From: Octopus vulgaris
Lineage: Eukaryota
Assembly: GCA_951406725.2 (NCBI GenBank)
Contig: OX597815.1
Coordinates: 20,956,001 to 21,020,000, forward strand
Direction: 5' to 3'
DNA length: 64,000 nt
Of this stretch, positions 1-12,089 are shown piece after piece. Both the position numbers and the translations under genes were made by a program. Under the pieces are notes generated by a model, which was not told where the DNA came from, made no database searches, and worked only from the letters and a program-made list of their open reading frames with translations. The stretch's first letter is position 1. Each line of letters starts with the position of its first letter.

Positions 1-1020
1 CCAGCTATTAACTAGATTAACGCTTGAGTAGCCTCGTCGCTTACTTTCCTATGATTGCTCAAATTTTCCAGTCATTTCTTCTTTTGACTTCCTGTGTCTC
101 TGTCCATATTATCAAACTCTTTCCTCCACCCTCCAGATTTTTTCTTTTTTTTTAGAGAAACATATTTATCGTCTCATTTTTATTACTAGTTTCTTGGTTT
201 GTACTTCGCATTTACCAATATCTCGATAGAATCTTTTTGGTATTTTTGCTATTTGCTTCCCCCATATTCATTGATTTCTTGCTCTAATGTCCTTTCACGG
301 TTTGGATTCATTATTCTCTGTCTTCGTTCTCCGTGTATTACTATAAAACTTTTCGACTTCGATGGATTTTTAGAGACTCTCTTTTCTTAGATTTCTATAT
401 ATTCGATTTCCAGACAGAATTTGTTTTTCAAACTTTACTCCACTTCATACATAAAGATAAGACAGTACTAAAAGCAATAATGGTTATACGTCAGAAATGC
501 TATTCGAAACCTATTTTCTGGACGAAAATTCTTGCGGGTGAAATTAAATATTAGGAGTTGCGTTGTTGTTTTGTGTATTTTTTTTTTTTTTTGCATTTGG
601 CTTATGTTATCTTTCTTATATCCTTGGGTTCTTTTCACTTTTACCAGTATCATTGGTTTTCCATATATCTTTCAATAATCATATATTGCAATATACAATC
701 TGAGAAATTTTTTTTTTTTATGCACATAACATATACGTGTATATACATACACACACACTCGCGCGCACACATACATATATCTATATAAACATGTACGTAT
801 ATATATATATACATATATACATATATATATATGTGTGTGTGTGTGTGTGTATGTGTGTGTGTGTAGTGTCCCAGCATGGCTGCAGTCAAATGCATGAAGC
901 AAGTAAAAGAGTAAAAGATTGTATATATATATATATATATAATATGAGGGAATATTATTCCAAACTTACAGGGAAAAATTCAATTTAGAAATACTAAATC
1001 AAATTTCACAAAATATAATA

Positions 1021-1243
1021 TATATAAATTAGAAAAAAAACCTCCTTTTATCAATTCAATAATGAAAGATTAAATATATACTAAATATATACGTTTTAAA
1101 TATTATTTTGCACATTACTTAATCATTGTTATATGTTTTATCTTATATTTAATCTTTCTATAATATATAACTTTTCTAAATGGTATAAATTTATTTTTCA
1201 TTATTGAATTGATAAAAGGTGGGGTTTTTTTCTAATTTATATA
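1021..1243. repeat. AT-rich fold-back element with ~47-bp inverted arms, in TA-rich flanks
   Basis: 1021-1067 TATATAAATTAGAAAAAAAACCTCCTTTTATCAATTCAATAATGAAA is near-perfectly reverse-complementary to 1196-1243 TTTCATTATTGAATTGATAAAAGGTGGGGTTTTTTTCTAATTTATATA. Confidence 0.75.
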
Positions 1244-1250
1244 TATATAT

Positions 1251-1650
1251 GAACGGTATTGGTATCCAGAAGACCCAAGGTGGCAGATAACGCTATTGTA
1301 AGTGCTATGGAAGGACCGTAGTTAAACTCTTGCTTCGGCAATGATACGAGTGAGGAGTCTAATGCGGGTCTTCTATGAGTACGTATATGTTAAATAAAAT
1401 GAGACAACAAAGTCAAGGCTTTGAGGAATTTTCAGGACGTTTATAAAGAGAAAATTAGTCTTACAGCGGTTTCTGAGATATTAGGGATATCCCTTCATCA
1501 GAGACGATGTGAGATAGTTAAATAGAAGGAAACAGGAGAATGGAAGTAGAAATAAAAATGTATAAAGATGTTATATTTGCTGTAAGACTAACTTTCTTTT
1601 TATAAATGTCCTGAAAATTTCCTTGGCTTTATTGCCTCATTTTATATAAC
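1251..1650 (-). mobile_element. Penelope-like pLTR-derived repeat (family H1) with internal inverted repeat, inserted in (TA)n
   Basis: 1389-1467 and 1579-1650 are inverted copies. It contains a hammerhead motif. The left end (GGTATCCAGAAGACCCAAGG...GGACCG) is homologous to 28800-28857 and 44625-44690. Confidence 0.65.
1458..1505 (-). ncRNA. Minimal type-I hammerhead ribozyme motif
   Basis: Minus strand GTCT-CTGATGA-A-GGGATAT-CCCTA-ATATCTC-A-GAAA-CCGCTG-TA-AGAC. Core intact; stem I GTCT/AGAC; stem II GGGATAT/ATATCTC. Confidence 0.75.
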
Positions 1651-1671
1651 AGATATATATATATATATAAC

Positions 1672-1711
<40 letters not shown>

Positions 1712-2359
1712 ACAGCATGGACTCTCCCGGCGTAGACGACGTATGAGTATTCACCAATTTCTTGCTGAACAACCACACAAATGATTTGTTTATAGTGATC
1801 AAATGTTTGTGTAAACATAAGCTCACTCCATCCATCAAATAGACATTACCTGAACAGGTGCACCGTGTGCCACATGTCAGGTGACTAAATGATCGCACAA
1901 CTCTACAGTAATTCTCAGTCAAATCAAGATAATTCCTGAGAACAACATTTTTATTTGGTTTGACTTCAGTGCAATATATAAATGCTTTCGAAAGACAATT
2001 ACAGGCAAAGGAGCTATTTATTGTTCGGAATAACATAGTTACAAGATTATGAAAAGTCTATATTATTGACATTGAAAAGTTTTCTATAATTAATATGGTT
2101 AATGAAGCATGTAAACTTTTTTTTAAAATAGTGTGCCTTAATGAAATTTATATGAAACAAGATTTTTATTTACGCTTAAACGGAAAGTGGAAAAAGTTAA
2201 ATTTTAGAAATCTTTGGCAATGCGTACGCATATTTAAACTAAAAATTTGATTGTAACATAGAATATTCTGGAACATTTTTTTTTTTTTTTTTTGTGATTC
2301 GAAACATTGATTACTTGTTTTATTTTATCCACAATGCCATTATTTCTCATATTGCAACA

Positions 2360-2520
2360 GGCCTGAAATTTGAGGGAGAGGTAGTTGATTCTATTGACCT
2401 GGTACTTACCTGGTACTTACCTGGTACGCAATTGCCTCAGTGGGATTTGAACTAAGAATATAAAGAGCCGGCGCAAATATCGCTAAGCATTTTTTCCGAC
2501 AATTTAGCATTTCAGCTAGT
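2360..2520 (-). mobile_element. Old tRNA-derived SINE family B fragment containing an 11-bp tandem triplication (ACCTGGTACTT)
   Basis: GGATTTGAACT (reverse B-box) and GCTAAGCATTT match SINE B copies elsewhere in the window. Confidence 0.55.
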
Positions 2521-2757
2521 TTCGATCCCCATAGTAATAATGAGATGCACAAATGACCGCGGCGTCGTCTAAAGATAATTAGGTTACAACTGTTAACAAT
2601 TAAATTTCTTACAAGAGAGAAGATAATTCGAATCCTTATTTAAAATAATCTTCTGTTCGGTTTTCGATATTTCTAATTGAAATAGCAACATATGTTTCAA
2701 AGAGCTAATAATTCAGAACTTTAGCATTAATATGACATAAATATTAACTCTGACTAA

Positions 2758-2935
2758 GATGGTGAGCCGGCAGAATTGTTAGCACGCCGGACCAAATGCT
2801 TCGCTGAATTTCGTCCGTCTTTACGTTCTAAGCTCAAATGCTTCTGAGATCGACTTTGCCTTTCAGCTTTCGGGGTCGATAAAATAATACCAGTTGAGCT
2901 ATGGAGATCAATTTAAATAGACTTACCACTCCGTG
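2758..2935 (+). mobile_element. tRNA-derived SINE family B, diverged copy
   Basis: GGTGAGCCGGCAGAATTGTTAGCACGCCGG head; GATCGACTTTGCCTTTCAGC...GGGGTCGATAAAATAATACCAG core. Confidence 0.75.
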
Positions 2936-3404
2936 TTATTTCTGTGAAACTCTTAGAATTCTTTGCGCCCACTTAATAGTTAACATGCTTATAATTTTGC
3001 ATAGATATGTTCTTACAGATGTACTTAGGCGTGCGCGTGTGTGTGTGTTTGTGTGCGTATTCTTGTGCTCACAACATTGTTTTGTATAATTTATCCTTAT
3101 CTCTACACACTGCCAAACTTCCCCCAGAAAGATTTTCTTATTCCATGACATCCTTCCGAAGTTTGTTACGATATTCAAACATTCTTTTAGTTTCCATTTC
3201 TCATATCCACCCTTAAAATCAGCTGCGAGAAACTCGAAATAAAGCTTATGGAAGTTTCAGCTTCCAATAACTTATATCACCCTACGTTTAATGGGATGGT
3301 ATAAGCTACTGGAACTCCTGCATACAAACATACAAACACACACACTCGCGCGCGCAAAGACACACACGCACAAACACACACACACACACACATACAAACA
3401 AACA

Positions 3405-3443
<39 letters not shown>

Positions 3444-3927
3444 TTACGCGCACACGTATGCGCACTTGTGTGTGTGTCTGTGGTGTGTGTGTATAAGAAA
3501 GTGGTAGCCAAGAATAGCCGCATTTCAATAACTAGAAAGAACATATATACAGATAGCTAGCCAGACAAACAGACAGATGGATGGTGTAGAGTCAAACAGA
3601 CAGAGGTAGATGCATATGTATCTCTATGATCGATGTATTTGTGTGTACATGCATACTTGAATATATATATAAGTCCGTGTGAGAAAGACAGATGGAGATT
3701 ATATATGTATATATAATTGTACATATGCATGTGTATACACATATACATACCTACGTATGTATGTATATATATGTGTGTGTGTGTGCGTGTATATATATAT
3801 GCATGTGAGTGTATGTATATATATCTACCTATATATATATGTAATACACACACATACATATATATGTGTTTATGCGTGTAAAGATCGATTGATCGATTGA
3901 TCGGTACATAGATAGATATATATATAT

Positions 3928-3976
<49 letters not shown>

Positions 3977-3977
3977 C

Positions 3978-4063
<86 letters not shown>

Positions 4064-4277
4064 AGTATACACAAACCGTCCATCCTTAGTGAATTTGTAA
4101 AGGAAATTGAAGAATTGATTCCAAACCTCTGTTTTGTATAGGTTCTTTATGCTCAAATGACGGTTCACTGGTTTAATGTGATACTCTACTTCTGGCGTTA
4201 AACTTCCTCACTGTATTCTGCATTGAGTTCAAAGTAAGTACTCCTCTTATAGCCTTCATATAAAATCATTCCCCTTA

Positions 4278-4278
<1 letters not shown>

Positions 4279-4344
<66 letters not shown>

Positions 4345-4370
4345 CATCGTCATCATCATCATCATCATCA

Positions 4371-4425
<55 letters not shown>

Positions 4426-4511
4426 CATCATCATCATCATCATCATCATTATTATTATTATTATTATAATTATTATTATTATTATTATCATCATCATCAT
4501 CATCATCATCA

Positions 4512-4563
<52 letters not shown>

Positions 4564-4591
4564 CATTATTATTATTATTATCATTATTATT

Positions 4592-4623
<32 letters not shown>

Positions 4624-4790
4624 TATTATTATTATTATTATTATTATAATTATAATTATTATTATTATTATCATCATCATCATCATCATCATCATCATTA
4701 TTATTATTATTATTATCATTATTATTATTATTATCACTATTATTATTATCATTATTATTATTATTATTATTATCATCATCATCATCATCA

Positions 4791-4821
<31 letters not shown>

Positions 4822-4823
4822 CA

Positions 4824-4902
<79 letters not shown>

Positions 4903-4903
4903 T

Positions 4904-4977
<74 letters not shown>

Positions 4978-4980
4978 TAT
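4279..4980. repeat. ~700-bp compound trinucleotide microsatellite (ATT)n/(ATC)n
   Basis: Directly visible alternating ATT and ATC blocks; source of the spurious poly-I/M ORF 4198-4956. Confidence 0.97.
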
Positions 4981-5446
4981 TCCTTTTTGTTCATTTCAGC
5001 CATCAGTGGTCACGTTGGAAAACTTTACGTTAGCATGGTTATAAAGCAAGCTGGTTTGCATAAAGCTATAAAATATATCTGCGCTTGTTACTTTTCTAGA
5101 ATAGCAAAAAGGCGTTGGCGTTGTAGAATCAGCAGAGCAACAGACTAAAATATTTTATGGTATTTAGTCAAGTCTCATCGATGTCGACTTTGCCTTACAT
5201 CTACTCAGAAAGAAGAGGGTAGACGAGGGTGGTTTCGATAAAAATGTCCTAGTAATAAATATACTGGTCTGGATATAATTGACTATACCCCTACCCACAT
5301 CTAACATTTGTGCCCTTGTGACCCAAGAGTTCAACTCTTGCCAAGTTCAATTGCATCCTTCTTACCCTTCCGATATCAATGAATTAATAATCAATAAAAT
5401 ACTGACGTCGATTAAATCGATTATACCTTTCCGTAAGATTTAAGTC

Positions 5447-5856
5447 CTCTTTCTCTTTTTCTCTTTTTACTTGTTTCAGTCATTTTGACTGCGGCCATGC
5501 TGGAGCACCGCCTTTAGTCGAGCAACTCGACCCCGGGACTTATTCTTTGTAAGCCCAGTACTTATTCTATCGGTCTCTTTTGCCGAACCGCTAAGTGACG
5601 GGGACGTAAACACACCAGCATCTGTTGTCAAGCAATGCTAGAGGGACAAACACAGACACACAAACATAGACACACATACATACATACATATATATATACA
5701 ACATGCTTCTTTCAGTTTCTGTCTACCAAATCCACTCACAAGGCTTTGGTCGGCCCGAGGCTATAGCAGAAGACACTTGCCCAAGATGCCACGCAGTGGG
5801 ATTGAACCCGGAACCATGTGGCTGGTTAGCAAGCTACTTACCACACACCCACTCCT
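5447..5856 (-). mobile_element. tRNA-derived SINE family A (octopus-type), near full length
   Basis: Reverse complement of the full copy at 50142-50568 (tRNA head, GAAACTGAAAGAAGC core, CATGGCCGCAGTCAAAATGACTGAAAC tail). Confidence 0.9.
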
Positions 5857-5895
5857 CCTCTGTTACAAATCATTATTATAAGAAAGCATTATTAA

Positions 5896-6035
5896 AATAA
5901 ATTTCGTCCGAGGTCGACTTTGCCTTTCATCCTTTGGAGTATCGATAAAATAAGGACCAGTTGAGCAGTGGGGGTCAATGTAATCGACTTATTCCCTCCC
6001 CCGAATTTGCTGCACTTGTACCAAAATTCGGCAGA
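5896..6035 (+). mobile_element. SINE family B, older subfamily 3' part
   Basis: GAGGTCGACTTTGCCTTTCATCCTTT...CCAGTTGAGCAGTGGGGGTCAATGTAATCGACTT...CCCCCGAATTTGCTG tail. Confidence 0.75.
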
Positions 6036-7564
6036 CAACATTATTATTATGATAAATTTTATAAATAAAGCGTTAATAGGATAAACCACCACTGTTCGAC
6101 AGTAGTTCTAAAAGTGGCCAGTTTTGGACTCATTTCCAGAGAATGGATCGTAGCAATGCACTGTGGCATTTGCTCAGTAGTCAAAGTAAGTGGTCATCTC
6201 TCGGAACCTCTCGTTTCATATCATGCGCTCGATTCATCAGAGATGTCTTTCGTCTCTTCTAAACGTGCTGGCTCTCGAGCTATTGCTGCGGGAGCTAGGG
6301 TTCTTGAAGAGCATTCCTTCAAACTGAGTCGCGAGAGGGCTATATCGACGTATGTGGATTATGTAATGTTATCGGCACCACAAATAGGGAAGTAATTGGT
6401 ACCGTTCTAAAGGAACATGAGGTGATGGTAAGATAAAAAAATAAATCCGGACAAGAGCTTGCAGCTTTGAATCTGTAGAAGGAAGTCTACGCTGTTGTCT
6501 GGTTTAGACAGAACGAAATTACAAGGAAGGGTGAACTGCTTCACTTAGGAATGGACTGAAAGGAAGCTATCCCTGAAAAGCTTACATTTGCTTATATATC
6601 TAATTTTGCTAGTCCTGAATATCGAGCAATTTTTCTCACCAGTCTTTCTCGAGTATATTTTCACTATTGTGTTTAGCATTTTTTTAAATCGTTTTTCTTT
6701 GTATGCTTTATTAATGAAAGTGAGTTTGTTAATTATATTCTTGATGTTCACTCTGCCCACTTATTAGTTTCCTGGTTATATGAGTCTCTTTATAAACTTC
6801 ATGGGTGATAGGTATGTTTATCTATAGCAGCCTTGGGATGCTGCGTTCAGGATGCTGATGGAAGCGATAAATATTGTCTCATACTATTGGTTATTATCTA
6901 AATTGCCTCTATTCCATCAAATATGAATAATGGTTCTTTGTTCGCTAAATATTTTAATGTGTATTTTATGAGCTTGTGCTAATGTTTATGTATTATATAC
7001 TCTTGTATGCCTACAAATGTTAATTTGATTAAAAAAATATATAATTTTCTGTTTCGATGAATTTTTAGCGTTTACAAATATATTAGAAGTATATTTTACC
7101 ACCATCAAACTTCGAGCAGGAATACTGAAGTTTATTATAATGGTTTTATTTTCCTGTCTCTGTTTTTCAGTTCTCTTAATTTCAAATTACTTATGTAAAA
7201 ATTGTATTTAATTACAACACACAACTACTGTGTTGATATAAATTACTTTTATCATGGTATTTAGTTCAATTCACAGAACGCATCTAATTTGCCCATTTAA
7301 TTCTTTTTTGATATTTTCACTCCTTTGTGTATTTTAAATTATGGCTCATTTCATTTCTCCTAAGTATTTACGTATCTGTTCTCCCTCTAGCTTTTGTTGA
7401 ATTAGGTTTATTTTCGTTTTCCTATTATGAAGGTTGTCTGGGTGCAACTTTCTTGTTTCATGTTCAGTGAATTGAATATTTAGATACTTTAAAGTGAATT
7501 GAATATTTAGGCTGTTTTCGAACTGGATATCTTCCCTACATATAGCTAATGTTTATTTATATAA

Positions 7565-7686
7565 GTTAGTTGGCGTATTGCGCAGTTGGCGTATTGCGTT
7601 AGTTGGCGTATTGCGCAGTTGACGTATTGGCGTATTGCGCAGTTGGCGTATTGGCGTATTGCGCAGTTGGCGTATTGGCGTATTGC
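7565..7686 (+). repeat. Short tandem array of TTGGCGTATTGCGCAG / TGGCGTAT units at the 5' junction of an RTE insertion
   Basis: Directly visible. The same AGTTGGCGTATT recurs at 7985-7996 right after the LINE tail. Confidence 0.85.
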
Positions 7687-7985
7687 CGGCAACCGTGGAG
7701 AATGGCGACGTACCGTAAAAGAGGGAATACAAAGGAGTGACAGAGAGAGAGAGGAGAAATGGAAAGAAGGGAAGAGACGTAAACAAGAGACTATGGCACT
7801 ACAACCAGCCAGGAACAGTCTTCGCTACATTTGCGGTACCTGCCAGAGGGAGTGTTTGTCCAGGATAGGACTACACAGCCACAGCAGGAAATGTATCAGG
7901 ACATGAAATATAAAAGCCGGACTAGACTACTTCATGCGCAACTCCATTGTCTCCCGAGACAGAAAGGATGCCAATACCAATACCA
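7686..7985 (+). mobile_element. 5'-truncated RTE-clade LINE 3' end
   Basis: Translation AGNRGEWR...YICGTCQRECLSRIGLHSHSRKC* shows the RTE/BovB-type C-terminal CxxC...SRIGLxSH motif. 3' UTR hairpin TGTCTC-CC-GAGACA; short repeat tail (CCAATA)n. Confidence 0.85.
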
Positions 7986-8290
7986 GTTGGCGTATTACAC
8001 TGAATCGTATTCATTATATCCATTAAAGAGGGAAAAACTAAGAGAAAGTGAATACTTGTAATTCTTTCGGTAAGAGAATTGCTTTATCTTAACTGTCTTG
8101 CATAGAGACTATTATTCCATCCTGTTCCTTATTGATATAAAGTATTTTTAATGAGTATAAAAGTGGAATGCAGTCTAATTTCTTTTTATATTCTACTGTA
8201 GTAACGCTTAAGTTGTGAGATTATCTCCCGTCTTCTAACATTACTCGACTGTTAGGTTAAAGGTCAATTATATCTATTAAGGTTCTAAGA

Positions 8291-8840
8291 CGGCGAGCTG
8301 GCAGAAACGTTAGCACGCCGGGCGAAATGCGCAGCCGTGTTTCATCTGCTGTTACGTTCTGAGTTCAAATTCCGCCGAGATCGACTTTGCCTTTCATCCT
8401 TTCGGGGTCGATTAAATAAGTACCAGTTACGCACTGGAGTCGATGTAACCGACTTAATCCCTTTGTCTGTCCTTGTTTGTCCCCTCTGTGTTTAGCCCCT
8501 TGTGGGTAGTAAAGAAATAGGTATTTCGTCTGCCGTTACGTTCTAAGTTCAAATTCCGCCGACGTCGACTTTGCCTTTCATCCTTTCGCAGTCGATAAAT
8601 TAAGTACCAGTTACGCACTGGGGTCGATGTAATCGACTTAATCCCTTTGTCTGTCCTTGTTTGTCCCCTCTGTGTTTAGCTCCTTGTGGGTTGTAAAGAC
8701 ATAGGTATTTCGTCAGTCTTTAGGGTCAGAGTTGAAATTCGGCTGAGGTTGACTTTACCTTTCACAGGTTGAGCACTAGGGTTTGATCTAATCGACTTAC
8801 TCCCTCTCTCAAAATTTCTCGCCTTGAGCCAAAATTTGAG
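8291..8840 (+). mobile_element. SINE family B tandem array: head + two young ~187-bp units + one old diverged unit
   Basis: Head GGCGAGCTGGCAGAAACGTTAGCACGCC and B-box GAGTTCAAATTCC. Units rejoin at AAAGAAATA/GGTATTTCGTC (8520) and AAAGACATA/GGTATTTCGTC (8704). Confidence 0.9.
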
Positions 8841-8909
8841 ATTAATGTCTATCAAAGTTCTTCGACAGCTGTTCCCTGTGACTTCTGTTTACAGAAATAT
8901 ATATATAAA

Positions 8910-9311
8910 CTAGCAGTATCGCCCGGCGTTGCTCGGGTTTGTAAGGGAAATAACTATAAAGCATTTTTAGAGAGTTATAGCCAAAAGATAGCCAAAAAAA
9001 GCATTAAAAATGGGAAAAAAATGATGGTAAATTTTTTTTTAAATCGTTGACTCATCGTAGACATTTTTAGAGAGTTACTTCCCTTATATAATAAGCGGAA
9101 AAATGCATTAAAATGGAAAAAAATGATGGTAAATTATTTTTAAAATTGTAGACTCATCGTAGACGCGCGCTAATACCCAGAAGGGCTCGATATGAATCAC
9201 GACTATAAGATACCCGGTTTTGGTTAAACTGCACCGCAAAATGTGGGAGTAGTTAGGAATCTAAATCGTAGGAGACAGACACTCACACAACTTCACTTTT
9301 ATATATAAAGA
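8910..9311 (-). mobile_element. Non-autonomous Helitron family 1
   Basis: Minus strand A|TCTTTATATATAAAAG ... hairpin CCCGAGCAACGCCGGG ... CTAG|T; no TSD; near-identical copies at 12948 and 51209. Confidence 0.88.
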
Positions 9312-10071
9312 TATACGGCTTTGCAACCACATGGGTTCGGATTCAGTCTCACTGCGCGACACCTCGAGCAAGTGTCTTATACAATAGCCCTGGAGGATAC
9401 ACTATATTCTTTTACTATGTTACAATCAAATAAATCAATGATCAAGTATATTCCGGACGTAGCCATCTCATCTTCTCCTTCAGATAGCTTATAAAAAACA
9501 TTATCAAATGTTTCGTTTTTGTATTTGGTTTGCAAGATTCTTTATGTGAATTCGTGTGTTGAAGCATATTTTATTGCGTCTGAGGAGAGTCGTTCTTTTT
9601 TTTAACACACACAAAGGTTCGATTTACACTCATCTATTCAATTTTCTTTTCTAAAATTTTCAAAGATTGTAGAGCGTGATTAGAGAAATATTTAACTATC
9701 ATTCTAGCAAGTCAAGCGAGAGTGTTCTTTTTATTGTTTAGTCCAAATCAGCCGAGAAGGAGCAAATCTATAACCAAAAGGTTCCAAATGACGCCATACC
9801 ATCTTTTGGTGAAACGGTGTATGCAAGTCTGCGTGATATAAAGTCCTTGCTTTTACTAAATGGTAACGTGTGACAAGTACCTGTTATGTCTAGCATTGTA
9901 TCAAAAGACCACATCGAGACTCCCTCTTTATCTCGGGGTTATATGTTTTAAAGTGGCATTTCCTGGGGGAAATACTTCGTTTCTGGATAAGTTGAAATGC
10001 GTAACGTGAAGTGCATGTGTATCTCTACATCTGTCTCAGTCTATCTACCTATAATGTCACACCACACTCTT

Positions 10072-10110
<39 letters not shown>

Positions 10111-10148
10111 GCCTCTCTCTACTTGCATATGTGTGTGTGCGTATAAAT

Positions 10149-10289
<141 letters not shown>

Positions 10290-10552
10290 AAAGAGAGAGG
10301 AGAAGATGTATAAATTGAGAGAAGGAAAATGGAAAAGAGGGATATTATATCTATAGATATATGCAGAATTAGAGTATCTAACGACGTAAGCTCAGTGACA
10401 ATGGTCCTTGACAGAAGCCACTTCAGAACCCACTTATCCCATTGCTTTCATCTCATTCATTTCAAAATGAATTCCGACCATCGACCCTCGTCTTCTCTCC
10501 ATTTCTCTCACTGACTATTTAGCAGTTCGTCGACAGTTCATATGACTCTTTG

Positions 10553-10617
<65 letters not shown>

Positions 10618-11129
10618 CTTCTCTCTTTCTTTCAAATCTCTCAAATGCCCTTATCCATGCTCGCAGCCTACCTTCCCACCTACTTTCACTTTCCAGCTTC
10701 CGGTATTTAGTGAACACTAGCGGATGTACACTTGCACCTGCGATTACATTATTATTTGAATTAGAACGATGAAATGACAGTACTACAGAGCGCCGCACTG
10801 AATATGTTACAAGATTTATTTACGTCACTCTATGTTCTGACTTCTATTCCATACTTGGCTCAATTAGTCTTTCTTCTCGCTAATGGGTACGAACTGGGAT
10901 GCAGTCAATCATTTGTAACCCATAAATATTTGGTAATATACCAATATAAGAAACCACTATTTGTTACCTACCTATAACTGAGTATATTACCCGTTACCTA
11001 TATTCCTGTAGAAATCATTACATACGTACACACACACATGTAACACACACGCACGCACATATTATAAACGACACACATTCCCCACACCCACGCACACACA
11101 CACATATGTGTGCGTACAGGATAATCTTC

Positions 11130-11790
11130 AGCACAGTTTCCGTCTACCAAATTCACTTAGAGAGCATAAGTCGACCTGAGCACGCTGTAGAATACACTTA
11201 CTGAACGTGCTAGACAGTGGGATTGAATTCGAAACAACATACCGTAAATCCTCGAGTATAGTCCGCCCTTGAGTATAATATGCAGGGGAGTTTTTTAGGG
11301 AACTGTACCTCTGAAAAACCTAAACCTTGTGTATAATATGCACCCCTTCTCTAACTTGAGTCAAGGAGATCTATATAACATCTTTGGTTTGTAAAAATGT
11401 ATACGGTAACGTCGTTTATTTTTATTGTACATATAACATAATGCAAATGTGTAGCTTTTTTGTGCATTTTGTTTGCAGAAAATAAAGAAATAACAGTAAT
11501 AACGTTTAATAAATGTTGCTTACTGCAAGTTATGGATGATTCTTTTATGACTACATTGCTTTCAGGCTTAGCTTAAGGTATTTTCGCGCCCGATATCACA
11601 AAATGCGCCTGAATAAACATTGCCGGACAGCAAATAGAAACTCAGACATTGCTTAGAAAATAATTTTCATCTTTAACCTCGTATATAGTACGCACTGGGG
11701 ATTTTGACCTTTAAATTTTGGGGAAAAAATGCGGATTATACTCGAGGATTTACGGTAGTTACAAAACAAACTTCTTAATCACGTAGTTCT
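11130..11790 (-). mobile_element. Old SINE family A copy split by a MITE
   Basis: CAGTTTCCGTCTACCAAATTCAC...CAGTGGGATTGAATTCGAAACAACAT left of the MITE continues as AGTTACAAAACAAACTTCTTAATCAC on the right. Confidence 0.6.
11242..11755. mobile_element. Tc1/mariner superfamily (Tc2/pogo-type) MITE, 514 bp
   Basis: TIR CCGTAAATCCTCGAGTATAGTCCGC / GCGGATTATACTCGAGGATTTACGG (1 mismatch); TA TSD at 11240-41 and 11756-57; subterminal GTATAATATGCA repeats. Confidence 0.9.
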
Positions 11791-12089
11791 CCTCGTGTCT
11801 ATTTTGGGCATATCTTTTTAGATTTGGAAACAAATTTATATTATACAGGTAATGCATACCATATATTCCAAGTGAGGAGCAGTTCCCTTGCACACCTGAT
11901 ATATAGAACGTAGACTAACATACAGAATGAGGAAAGCGGAAAAGAATCGTTAGGAATCGAATTTAAACTTGCAATGAACGATAAGAAAAATCATTAATCA
12001 TAAAACAGAGAACTCCGGAATGTAAATGGAGACTTGTAATAGGAAGTTAGTCAAATATTTGATAGCTACTATGGTAAGAACTAGAATAT

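Larger units (their letters stand above)
6200..8250 (-). pseudogene. Highly decayed Penelope-like retroelement RT/thumb remnant, interrupted by an RTE LINE fragment
   Basis: Minus-strand translation near 6920-6970 gives IKYTLKYLANKEPLFIFD (cf. IKFTxExxxxxLPFLD). 6820-6890 gives TNSMRQYL...QHPK (cf. KPTxTxQYL..SxHP). A decayed hammerhead-like core lies at 6206-6245. Boundaries are approximate. Confidence 0.45.

Noticed and set aside
1-700. Possible decayed retroelement ORF N-terminus on the minus strand
   Set aside because: Composition is suggestive but no diagnostic motif could be read.
4198-4956. 252-aa poly-Ile/Met ORF
   Set aside because: Translation of the (ATT)/(ATC) microsatellite.
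7565-7686. CRISPR-like appearance of short repeats (also 50705-51120 and the SINE B arrays)
   Set aside because: No unique equal-length spacers and no cas genes; eukaryotic tandem repeats.
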